Part shown: positions 38,897 through 46,319 of the stretch, piece by piece
Numbering within the stretch: position 1 is the stretch's first letter
How the letters are laid out: each line of letters starts with the position of its first letter
DNA from: Bacillota bacterium
Lineage (GTDB): Bacteria > Bacillota > Clostridia > Christensenellales > CAG-138
Assembly (NCBI GenBank): GCA_016288175.1
Contig: JAEEYN010000152.1
Location: 1 to 47,043, forward strand
Length of the DNA stretch: 47,043 nucleotides
Direction of reading: 5' to 3'
Notes under the pieces: model-generated
What the model was told of the DNA's origin: nothing
Database searches by the model: none
The model's input: the letters and a program-made list of their open reading frames with translations, nothing else
Program-made: the position numbers and the translations under genes

Positions 38897-41005
38897 TCAA
38901 TCCACTTTTCGGTTCCAATGGCCTCTTGTGGAATCCGGATATTGTTTAACGGTTTCACCGTTTTGAACTTTTCTTAATGCAGTAAGTCTCTCCCGTACGG
39001 CGGATTCCGGTTCGGCGGCAAAGCCGAGCCTTACGCCCGCTGTGCGCGGCATCGACGGGAGTCTGTCGATCAGGTCGGTCGTATTGCAGTTCAGAAGACG
39101 CACAAGACATTTATCTGGAAACCGGACGGTTGTGAGCGGGAACCTGCGCTTCGCTTCGTCTTCAATAAAACCCGATTCGTATTCGCAATTCCGGCAGCCG
39201 CGATGTTCCTTCACCGGGCAATGCACAAGCTGCATCAGCGGGACGCGCCCGTGAAGCCAGAGGATAATCCTGCCCGCGTATTCATCCGTCAGTGTTTCGA
39301 GCTGCGCTGCTGTCAGCTCCTGGGAAGGAATAGTGTAGTCAAAGCCGATTCGTAAAAGCTCGCTCACCGAATAAGTATTCAGCGCGTTCAGTCCGATTCC
39401 GGCGATCTTGAGCGGCAGTTTTTCAATCAGTGAATACTGACCGATGTTGTTTGCTTCGGCGCCGTCGAAGAAGCCGCTTTTGAGCAGATTTCGCACGGTA
39501 TCTTCCTGCGCTTTTGTGATTATGACGTTCGGCAGCACAAGCAGCAGTTTTTTGCCGTTGAGCCTGTATTTCGAGAGTTTTTCAAGTTCCGCCTGGTCCA
39601 TACGCACCGAATCGAGCCCGACAGCGTCAGCTCCCGATTCAAATGCCGATCCCGCTTCGGAAACGCTGTGAACGACCGCATATACAAAGGGTCGTTTTCC
39701 GTTTTCCCCGGCTTTGCTCCGGCCTGTCTTTATCGCCGACGGAAGTTCGACGGCGATCTCCGGTTTGCGGATATGGAACGCCGCGGCGAGTTCATCCGAA
39801 GCGCTTCTGCGCATCGCATTCAGCGCCGCAGCGGAAAGAAAACTCTTTCCGTCCGTAATGACTTCGCAGCTTTCGGCGGCAAAAGGCGTGTCGCCGAGTT
39901 TTCGAAGTTTCGCTGCAAAACTCTCCGCGGATTGGAGTTTTTCGGCCGCTTCCGGGACGGGGCCCGCAGCATTGACGCGCTTATCCGCGCAGGCCATTTG
40001 CAGCTCTGCAGGCTCCCCAGCCATAAGCCGGAAAACGAGTCTCGCATTCCGTTTTTTCGATTCGTGGTCGAAGCTTTTTCTCGCCGCGGAAACATCCGAG
40101 GGTTCCGGTTTGCTCGAGCCGACACGGCCTGTCTTCACACTGTCGTTGAAGAAATGAGCTGTGTTGAAATCCCCGCGGTTAAAGAAACGGAACATCTTTT
40201 CCTTGAGTTCGGGAATACGGTCCGGCTCGGCTCCGTCCAAAGCCTCGCGGTAGCAGCTTGTTACAGCGGCAACATACTCGGGCTTCTTCATTCTTCCCTC
40301 GAGTTTGATGCAGCAGACGCCCGCTCGCTCAAGTTCCGGCAAGTGTTCGATCATGCAGATATCGTTCGGGGAAAGGCAGAAATCGCCGTTCCCCGGCGTT
40401 CCGAAAACGCTTGCCGCCTTTCTGCACGGCTGCGCGCAGGTACCGCGGTTGCCGCTTCTTTCACCGGCCATTGAGGAATACAGACAGCTTCCCGAAAAGC
40501 TCATGCACAGCGCACCGTGGCCGAAAGCTTCAAGTTCGATTCGGGTGTTGTTTTTGATCTCCGCGATCTGTTCAAGGCTGACTTCCCTTGCGAGAACAGC
40601 ACGTTTGATCCCGATGCTTTCGCAGTATTGCGCGCCGCCGATCGAATGGATGCCCATCTGAGTGCTTGCGTGGATCACAAGTTCCGGGAGCTCTTTTCGA
40701 ATGATCGACGCCAATCCGAGATCCTGAACAAGGACCGCATCCGCACCGTAACGATGGAGCTGTTCCGCAAATTCGAGCGCAGCAAAAAGCTCGCGGTCGA
40801 ATACGAGCGTATTCAGCGTTATGTATGCGCGCACATTCCGCTCATGGCAATAGTCGAGTGCCTTAACAAGGTTTTCACCCGCAAAATTGTCGGCAAAGCG
40901 ACGTGCGTTGAGCATACTTCCGCCGAAGTACACCGCATCAGCCCCGTTCTGGATCGCAGCGGTTAGACATTCCATGCTGCCCGCCGGGCAGAGCAATTCC
41001 ATCAT
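38897..41005 (-). CDS. Peptidase U32 family protein (long form)
   Basis: 702 aa. Has the N-terminus ELLCPAGS...AVYFGG and the U32 signature EAFGHGALCMSFSGSCLYSS. Confidence 0.88.
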   Translation of the reverse strand: MMELLCPAGSMECLTAAIQNGADAVYFGGSMLNARRFADNFAGENLVKALDYCHERNVRAYITLNTLVFDRELFAALEFAEQLHRYGADAVLVQDLGLASIIRKELPELVIHASTQMGIHSIGGAQYCESIGIKRAVLAREVSLEQIAEIKNNTRIELEAFGHGALCMSFSGSCLYSSMAGERSGNRGTCAQPCRKAASVFGTPGNGDFCLSPNDICMIEHLPELERAGVCCIKLEGRMKKPEYVAAVTSCYREALDGAEPDRIPELKEKMFRFFNRGDFNTAHFFNDSVKTGRVGSSKPEPSDVSAARKSFDHESKKRNARLVFRLMAGEPAELQMACADKRVNAAGPVPEAAEKLQSAESFAAKLRKLGDTPFAAESCEVITDGKSFLSAAALNAMRRSASDELAAAFHIRKPEIAVELPSAIKTGRSKAGENGKRPFVYAVVHSVSEAGSAFESGADAVGLDSVRMDQAELEKLSKYRLNGKKLLLVLPNVIITKAQEDTVRNLLKSGFFDGAEANNIGQYSLIEKLPLKIAGIGLNALNTYSVSELLRIGFDYTIPSQELTAAQLETLTDEYAGRIILWLHGRVPLMQLVHCPVKEHRGCRNCEYESGFIEDEAKRRFPLTTVRFPDKCLVRLLNCNTTDLIDRLPSMPRTAGVRLGFAAEPESAVRERLTALRKVQNGETVKQYPDSTRGHWNRKVD

Positions 41006-41039
41006 AGCAAAATCCGTTCGGCTTGTTCCCTGCCGGAGA

Positions 41040-41321
41040 TCATTCCTGCTTCTGTGCAGCCGCGTTATTCATTCCGCCGATTTGGAAAACTTTATCCTCG
41101 AGCGCTTCGTAACTCGTCTTGGTCTTTCGGAGCTCATCCTCAAGGCTGAGCATCGCAAGCAGAGTGCATTTCGAAGTGCTCATCGTCGGGAAAAGGCGCT
41201 GATAGGTATTGATCCTGTTGTTGACGGAGGTCTCGAGCTGTTTCATGTAATCCGGGTCCTCATCGCAGACAATGCTGAAATTCTGCCTTGCGAGGCAAAG
41301 ATTTATCCTGTTCTTTGTCAT
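41040..41321 (-). CDS. zapA: Cell division protein ZapA
   Basis: 93 aa. Has a ZapA-like N-terminus (INLCLARQNFSIVCDEDPDYMKQL) followed by a coiled-coil tail. It sits upstream of the U32/mutS2 genes, which resembles the zapA...mutSB neighbourhood of Bacillus. AAAGGTGA RBS. Confidence 0.75.
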   Translation of the reverse strand: MTKNRINLCLARQNFSIVCDEDPDYMKQLETSVNNRINTYQRLFPTMSTSKCTLLAMLSLEDELRKTKTSYEALEDKVFQIGGMNNAAAQKQE

Positions 41322-41416
41322 AATGTCACCTTTTTCTTGTACTCGGACCGGTACTGCCGTTATCAGGAGCTTCAGGGCACAATTACCGACAATACCTGCA
41401 TATATCCTCAGTATAG

Positions 41417-41445
41417 ATTATACATCAATGAGCGGAACATGGCAA
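41417..41445 (-). promoter_or_regulatory. Sigma-A-type promoter for zapA (TTGCCA-17 nt-TATAAT on the minus strand) with a leader of about 90 nt
   Basis: Minus strand: -35 TTGCCA (41445-41440), a 17-nt spacer, and -10 TATAAT (41422-41417). Confidence 0.55.
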
Positions 41446-41473
41446 GTCAATAATTATTCTTTCCCGGTTTTGC

Positions 41474-41510
41474 CGAAAAGAAAAAGCCGCCGGGCATTGC
41501 GCCGGGCGGC
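41474..41510 (-). terminator. Rho-independent terminator of degV
   Basis: Minus strand: GCCGCCCGGCGC-aatg-CCCGGCGGC GC-rich hairpin (one mismatch), followed by TTTTTCTTTTCGG. Confidence 0.8.
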
Positions 41511-41526
41511 AAATACGGTTCTGTTT

Positions 41527-42399
41527 TTACTCCGCAGTTCTATCCTTGTCGGCCATAAAGAACACGCCGAGCGTTCCGGGGCCGCAGTGGATGGTTACAA
41601 CGCTTCCCGCACGGGTAACGAAAACATTCTCAAAACGGTTCAAACCGCGAACTTTTGAGGCGATCTCGTCGATGATCTCCTGATCGAGTCTGCCTGTGTG
41701 CGAAACGAATACGGCGTCCCTGTCCGCGATCTTAAGCTGGTCCTCAAGATCGTCGTAGTATTTTCTGATGACGTCGTTCTGCCTTCCGCGGTAGCGCTTG
41801 CCGACGCCAAGCTTGCCGTCTTCAACAACTATTTTCGGCTTGATGCGAAGCGCGCTTGCAAGAAGCGCAGTCGCGGCGTTGCAGCGGCCTCCGCGGTGGA
41901 TATACTGCAGTGTTTCGATAACGGAGCTTGTGCGGACATACGGCACATACTCTTCGACTTTGTGTGCGACTTCAAAAAGATCGTCCTCGCCGGCTTCGAT
42001 CATTTTCGCGGCTTTGAGGATCAAAAGCCCGATGCCGGTGCAAAGATTCTTTGAATCGATCACGGCAACATGATCCGCGTAGTTCATCCCTTCGGCTGCA
42101 AGCCTGAAGACATTGCACGATGCGGAAAGATTGGAGGAGATCCCGAAAAAGAGTACATCCTCCCCCGCTTCGATCGCCCCTTTCAGCGCTTCTTCGGCGT
42201 CTCCGATCGAAAATGCCGCCGTTGTGGGCGTCGTTTTATTCGCATCGGACCAGGCGTAGATCTCATCGGGCGTAATGTTTACCCAATCGGTGTAGGTCTT
42301 TTCGCCCATATTCACATATAGGGGAACGATCCTGATATTGTATTTCGCAATCAGCTCCGGACCGAGGTCGTTGGTGCTGTCGGCATAGATCCTTATCAT
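41527..42399 (-). CDS. DegV family fatty-acid-binding protein
   Basis: 290 aa. Has IYADSTNDL, TTAAFS (the TSQPS-equivalent position) and a LQYIHRGGR motif typical of DegV. Confidence 0.9.
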   Translation of the reverse strand: MIRIYADSTNDLGPELIAKYNIRIVPLYVNMGEKTYTDWVNITPDEIYAWSDANKTTPTTAAFSIGDAEEALKGAIEAGEDVLFFGISSNLSASCNVFRLAAEGMNYADHVAVIDSKNLCTGIGLLILKAAKMIEAGEDDLFEVAHKVEEYVPYVRTSSVIETLQYIHRGGRCNAATALLASALRIKPKIVVEDGKLGVGKRYRGRQNDVIRKYYDDLEDQLKIADRDAVFVSHTGRLDQEIIDEIASKVRGLNRFENVFVTRAGSVVTIHCGPGTLGVFFMADKDRTAE

Positions 42400-42550
42400 T
42401 AACGTTTACTCCGTTCAATTCAATTTAACGGTACGGCCAAACGCCGCCGAATCGGCAGTATACCCGAAATGCGGTTCTTTTTCAACACTTTGTCAAAACT
42501 ATATTTGATATACCGCCGTTTGAACCTCCGGCAAACAGTCTGTGTTCCTG

Positions 42551-42579
42551 TTGACTTTTCGATAAAAATCTAATAGAAT
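42551..42579 (+). promoter_or_regulatory. Sigma-A-type promoter for rsmA (TTGACT-17 nt-TAGAAT), placed so that transcription should start at or next to the ATG
   Basis: -35 at 42551-42556 and -10 at 42574-42579. The ATG at 42587 lies 7 nt after the -10, and no Shine-Dalgarno is present in between. Confidence 0.6.
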
Positions 42580-42586
42580 TCAAAAC

Positions 42587-43408
42587 ATGATAAACTCAAA
42601 ACAACTCATAAAAGAGCTCGGGCTTGTCCCGAATAAAGCTCTCGGCCAGAACTTTCTGATCGACGGTTCGTGTATCGAGCGGATCGCCGATCTCGCGCGC
42701 TGTGAAAACGAAAGCGTACTCGAGATCGGGCCGGGACTCGGCGCTCTAACCGACGCGCTTTCGGTTCGCGCGGACAGAGTTCTCGCGGTCGAGATCGACG
42801 CAAAGATGGTCGAAGTGCTTTCCTCCGTTCTCGGTGAACACTCTAACGTTACCGTCCTTCACCGGGATTTTCTGCGCATGAAGGAAAGTGAACTGTTTTC
42901 CGCCGTCGGAAGCGTTCCGTTCATCGTTGCGGCAAACCTTCCCTACTACATCACTACGCCGGCGGCGATGAAGCTGATCGATTCGCCGCTGCCGATTCGC
43001 CGGATGGTACTCATGATGCAGCAGGAAGCATCCGAGCATTTCCTTGCGGAGCCGAAATCGAAGCTCTATTCCCCGCTTTCCGTGCTCTGCAGGCGTTACT
43101 ATACAGTTCGCAGGGAGTTTGAGCTTTCGCCATCCTGCTATTACCCCGAGCCAGCCGTTCAGTCCGTCGTTTTAAGCTTTGAACCCAACGGAAATGAATA
43201 CGATCCCGCATTTACAAAGCTTCTGAAAGCCTGCTTCGCAATGCGCAGGAAGACTCTTCGAAACAATCTTTCTTCTCTTGTCGGAAAAGACTTCGCCGCG
43301 GGAGTTATTGAAGCGGCCTCCCTCCCGCCTTCTTGCAGAGCAGAGGAACTCTCTGTCGATGATTTTGTTCAGCTTAATCATACTGTTTCGAACGGTCTCA
43401 ATTCTTAA
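42587..43408 (+). CDS. rsmA: 16S rRNA (adenine1518/1519-N6)-dimethyltransferase
   Basis: 273 aa. Has KALGQNFL and the SAM-binding motif VLEIGPGLGALT, with a NLPYYITTP motif. Confidence 0.94.
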   Translation: MINSKQLIKELGLVPNKALGQNFLIDGSCIERIADLARCENESVLEIGPGLGALTDALSVRADRVLAVEIDAKMVEVLSSVLGEHSNVTVLHRDFLRMKESELFSAVGSVPFIVAANLPYYITTPAAMKLIDSPLPIRRMVLMMQQEASEHFLAEPKSKLYSPLSVLCRRYYTVRREFELSPSCYYPEPAVQSVVLSFEPNGNEYDPAFTKLLKACFAMRRKTLRNNLSSLVGKDFAAGVIEAASLPPSCRAEELSVDDFVQLNHTVSNGLNS

Positions 43409-43423
43409 CATGATAAACAGCAG

Positions 43424-43448
43424 AAAACCGCGCAGCAGCGCGGTTTTT
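43424..43448. terminator. Bidirectional terminator between the convergent rsmA and rsfA-like genes
   Basis: AAAACCGCGC-agca-GCGCGGTTTTT. An A-run precedes and a T-run follows the stem. Confidence 0.8.
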
Positions 43449-43449
43449 C

Positions 43450-44046
43450 TTATTCGGCGGCTATTGTTTGCAGTTTTTCAATAAGATCGTTAAGTTCCCG
43501 CTTCGAAAGAGATGTTAAAAGTTTGAATGCCTTTTCAGGTGCTGCAGATTCTCTTTGCTGTTTGAAATTCTCATAAGGGTCTTTTACACAGCAGCCTTCC
43601 TTTTTCAGATTGCCTACAATGTTTCTGACGTACTCCTTTCGTTTTTGAACAGTAGATCTGAATTTGTTTTGGTAGCGAAGCATCAATTTCAGATCCCCTC
43701 CGCCGAGTCTCAACGCGCAGCCGCGTACAGACTCGCCTTTTGAAGTCCCGATAAGCATCTCGCGCATCAGGTTTTCAAGCTGCTCCTTTGTAAAATGCGA
43801 AGCTTTGTCCGCCGGGCGAAGAAGGAGATCCGGATTCGATTTTGCAAGCTGGTAATAGTGGTTACGCACACTGTTCGGCTTGCGTCCCGTCATTTTCGCG
43901 GTTTCGTTGAACGCGGAGTTCAGAGGACGGCGGTTTTCGCGCGCGGTCCGTGCGCTTTCAAGCAGCAGTTCTTCTTCGGCTGCGGACCATCCGCTTGCAT
44001 GCAGCCTTTCAAACAGCGGCAAATTTTCGATACATTTATACATCAT
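43450..44046 (-). CDS. RsfA-family (Myb/SANT-like) sporulation transcription regulator
   Basis: 198 aa. GWSAAEEELLLESARTARENRRPLNSAFNETAKMTGRKPNSVRNHYYQ resembles the RsfA Myb-like repeat (W-x2-E-D-x-L-L...F...R-x-N). A forespore-type promoter lies upstream. Confidence 0.65.
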   Translation of the reverse strand: MMYKCIENLPLFERLHASGWSAAEEELLLESARTARENRRPLNSAFNETAKMTGRKPNSVRNHYYQLAKSNPDLLLRPADKASHFTKEQLENLMREMLIGTSKGESVRGCALRLGGGDLKLMLRYQNKFRSTVQKRKEYVRNIVGNLKKEGCCVKDPYENFKQQRESAAPEKAFKLLTSLSKRELNDLIEKLQTIAAE

Positions 44047-44074
44047 TCTGCTCTCCTTGTTAAGCTATATGCTC

Positions 44075-44103
44075 AGTATGCCCTGCAGCATGATAAATAT
44101 GCA
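44075..44103 (-). promoter_or_regulatory. Forespore (sigma-F/sigma-G)-type promoter upstream of the rsfA-like gene
   Basis: Minus strand: TGCATA (44103-44098), then 15 nt, then GGCATACTG. This compares with recalled sigma-F GCATR-15-GGHRARHTX (one mismatch). It can also be read as GCATA-17-CATACTG versus sigma-G GHATR-18-CATXHTA. Confidence 0.45.
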
Positions 44104-44112
44104 TTGTCTGCC

Positions 44113-44137
44113 AAAAGAAAAGCAGCCTTTCGGCTGC
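44113..44137 (-). terminator. Rho-independent terminator directly after spoVAC
   Basis: Minus strand: GCAGCC-gaaa-GGCTGC followed by TTTTCTTTTGG. It starts about 20 nt after the spoVAC stop. Confidence 0.7.
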
Positions 44138-44157
44138 CGGGGATCTCATGGATCCGA

Positions 44158-44631
44158 TTATTTGATTATAAGGTAAACAAGACCGACGATCACGGACGAT
44201 ATTATCCCATAGACGAGCACTGGGCCCGCAAACGAGAATAGCTGCGCGCCGACGCCGAGCACAAGGCCTTCACGCTTATGCTCCATTGCCGGAGAAACGA
44301 TTGAATTCGAAAACCCAGTGATAGGAACCACCGAACCTGCGCCGGCAAAAGTCCCGATGCGGTCATAAACGCCGATGCCTGTCAGAAGTGCGCCGATAAA
44401 GATCAGCACAATTGAAACAAAAGCGCCTCTCTCCTTTTCGCCGAATCCGAAAGCGATACTGCCGATATCGCCTATCAGCTGTCCGATGCAGCAGATGGCG
44501 CCTCCGACGGCAAAAGCCAAGATGCATTGCCGAAGCACCTTGCTTTTCGGAGCTTTTTTATTGACAAGCGCTCTGTACCGAGCGTGTTCAAATCGCTCTT
44601 CCGGCGTCAGTTTTCGATTCGTTTTATCCAT
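44158..44631 (-). CDS. spoVAC: Stage V sporulation protein AC
   Basis: 157 aa. It closely follows the SpoVAC pattern (FAVGGAICCIGQ, LTGIGVYDRIGTFAGAGSVVPITGFSNS, EGLVLGVGAQLF). GGAG RBS. Confidence 0.9.
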   Translation of the reverse strand: MDKTNRKLTPEERFEHARYRALVNKKAPKSKVLRQCILAFAVGGAICCIGQLIGDIGSIAFGFGEKERGAFVSIVLIFIGALLTGIGVYDRIGTFAGAGSVVPITGFSNSIVSPAMEHKREGLVLGVGAQLFSFAGPVLVYGIISSVIVGLVYLIIK

Positions 44632-44657
44632 TCTCTGCTCCGATCCCGCCCGATGCT

Positions 44658-44792
44658 TCAGCCTGCCATGACCAGTTTCGCGCCGTCGAAAGTCAGCTCG
44701 GCGCGCTGTTCTCCGGCGTTGATTGCGATCGCCGCAATGACTGCGATCAATAAAGCAATTCCCGCAAACAGCAATTTATGAAACTTCTTCAT
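44658..44792 (-). CDS. Candidate small membrane protein (44 aa), below the ORF-track cutoff
   Basis: My own translation of the minus strand gives MKKFHKLLFAGIALLIAVIAAIAINAGEQRAELTFDGAKLVMAG*. It has a basic N-terminus plus one hydrophobic helix. AAAGGA lies about 11 nt upstream. It fills most of the 214-nt gap between the sigF-like gene and spoVAC. Confidence 0.4.
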   Translation of the reverse strand: MKKFHKLLFAGIALLIAVIAAIAINAGEQRAELTFDGAKLVMAG

Positions 44793-44845
44793 TATCTTTC
44801 ACGTCCTTTCGGCTTTTGCTTTTATCTTGCGCAGCAGGAAGCTTT

Positions 44846-45394
44846 TTATTCGATTTGATCGTTTTGGCAAAACTTGTTTTTGAGCTTCTTCAAAGCGTTT
44901 TTTTCTGTTTTCGATACCGTCGGCTGCGAGACCCATAGCACAGCCGCCGTCTTTTTCTGCGTCAGTCCTCGAAAATACCGAAGGCAGATCACGGCTTTCT
45001 CGGTTTCCGAAAGTGTCTCCAGTCCCTCGCGCAGCTGCAGATTACGCAGAACTTTGGCTTCGTCATCATCAGCATCAACCGGAATGCAGATTTCGGTTCT
45101 TTCTTCAAGGCTGTCGACGGTCATCCGGCAGCTGAAGGCTGAGTTTTTTCGAAGCGCAGAGCGGATCTCGCCCTCGATATAGATGAACGCGAACGATGCA
45201 AACGGGACGTTCCTTTCCGCATCGTACTTCAGCCAGGCTTTCCAAAGCCCGAGCGAACCGTATTGAAACAGCTCGTCCTGCGGCATGCCCCGCCCGGCGA
45301 ACCTTTGCGCAACATATCTCACGAACGGCAGGAAGCTTTCCGCCGACAAAGGCCCGGCAGCGGCAGCGCTGCTGTTTTCGTTTTTTCCCTTCAC
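44846..45394 (-). CDS. sigF: Sigma-70-family sporulation sigma factor in the sigF position, unusually short (no recognisable region 3)
   Basis: 182 aa. Region 2 (DELFQYGSLGLWKAWLKYDAERNVPFASFAFIYIEGEIRSALR) and region 4 (LSETEKAVICLRYFRGLTQKKTAAVLWVSQPTVSKTEKNALKKLK) are clear. Only about 44 residues link them. GTG start with a GTGA overlap on the spoIIAB stop. Confidence 0.7.
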   Translation of the reverse strand: MKGKNENSSAAAAGPLSAESFLPFVRYVAQRFAGRGMPQDELFQYGSLGLWKAWLKYDAERNVPFASFAFIYIEGEIRSALRKNSAFSCRMTVDSLEERTEICIPVDADDDEAKVLRNLQLREGLETLSETEKAVICLRYFRGLTQKKTAAVLWVSQPTVSKTEKNALKKLKNKFCQNDQIE

Positions 45395-45819
45395 GCGTCC
45401 GCGCTCGATATCCGCTTTATCAGCCGAACGACCGTTCCCTCGGCGGGTTTCGAAAAGACCTCGACTTTATCCATGAACGCTTTCATCACGGCAAACCCCA
45501 TGCCGGACCTTTCCCCCTCCGGTCCTGTAGTGAAATACGGCTGCATCGCCTGTTCGATATCCTTGATCCCCCTTCCCCGGTCCTTGATCTCAACTGTCAG
45601 CAGATCCCCGCAGATACACATTTCGAGGGTTATGACGCCGTCGCCCATAGCGTAACCGTGTATGATAGAATTTGTGACTGCTTCGCTCACGGCTGTTCGG
45701 ACGTCCGCGAGTTCCTCCAGTGTCGGGTCAAGCGGCGCAATGAACGCCGAAACGGCGCTTCTTGCGAATGATTCGTTGACCGGTTTGCTCTGCATTTCGA
45801 TTTTGATGCGATTATTCAT
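45391..45819 (-). CDS. spoIIAB: Anti-sigma-F factor / serine kinase SpoIIAB
   Basis: 142 aa. Has the GHKL kinase motifs EAVTNSIIHG, DRGRGI and GMGFAVM. It abuts the spoIIAA stop. Confidence 0.93.
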   Translation of the reverse strand: MNNRIKIEMQSKPVNESFARSAVSAFIAPLDPTLEELADVRTAVSEAVTNSIIHGYAMGDGVITLEMCICGDLLTVEIKDRGRGIKDIEQAMQPYFTTGPEGERSGMGFAVMKAFMDKVEVFSKPAEGTVVRLIKRISSADA

Positions 45820-46134
45820 TCAGCTCACCTTATTTGTCAGTTTATAGATCCCTGCGATGCGGAGTATCTTCACGATGCTCTCGTTTGGATTGGCGATCCC
45901 TATAGTGCCGCCCCTTGCCGCCATCAGTTTATAACGTCCGAGTATAACGCCTATGCCGGAGCTGTCCATGAAGGTCACTTTGGAAAGATCGAATATGAGT
46001 TTCCGTACGCTCCTGTTCCTTCCGACCAGGCAGTCTATGCATTCGCGGATCGGTCCGGCGCTGTTTTGGTCGATCTCATCCTTCAGGAAGACCGTCAGTT
46101 CGGCGTCCGATATCCTGTAATTGAGCTTTATCAA
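45820..46134 (-). CDS. spoIIAA: Anti-anti-sigma-F factor SpoIIAA (STAS domain)
   Basis: The ORF track extends to 46320, but AAAGGAGA precedes a TTG at 46134, giving (M)IKLNYRISDAELTV... at 104 aa, the usual SpoIIAA size. The phosphorylatable-Ser motif FMDSSGIG is present. Confidence 0.85.
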   Translation of the reverse strand: MIKLNYRISDAELTVFLKDEIDQNSAGPIRECIDCLVGRNRSVRKLIFDLSKVTFMDSSGIGVILGRYKLMAARGGTIGIANPNESIVKILRIAGIYKLTNKVS

Positions 46135-46319
46135 TCGGGTTTCTCCTTTGCGCGTTAGTTCCGCAATTGAATACTCCTTCTTTGATGCTGTCTCCTGCAA
46201 AAGAAAACGGCGAATAAGAAAATGTTTTGTCTTATTGCAAAACAGGACAAAATAAGTTAAAATATTCTTTAGTAACAGCTGCGGCGCTTTGCCGCTCACG
46301 CAGGAAGGAGGAAACGGCA

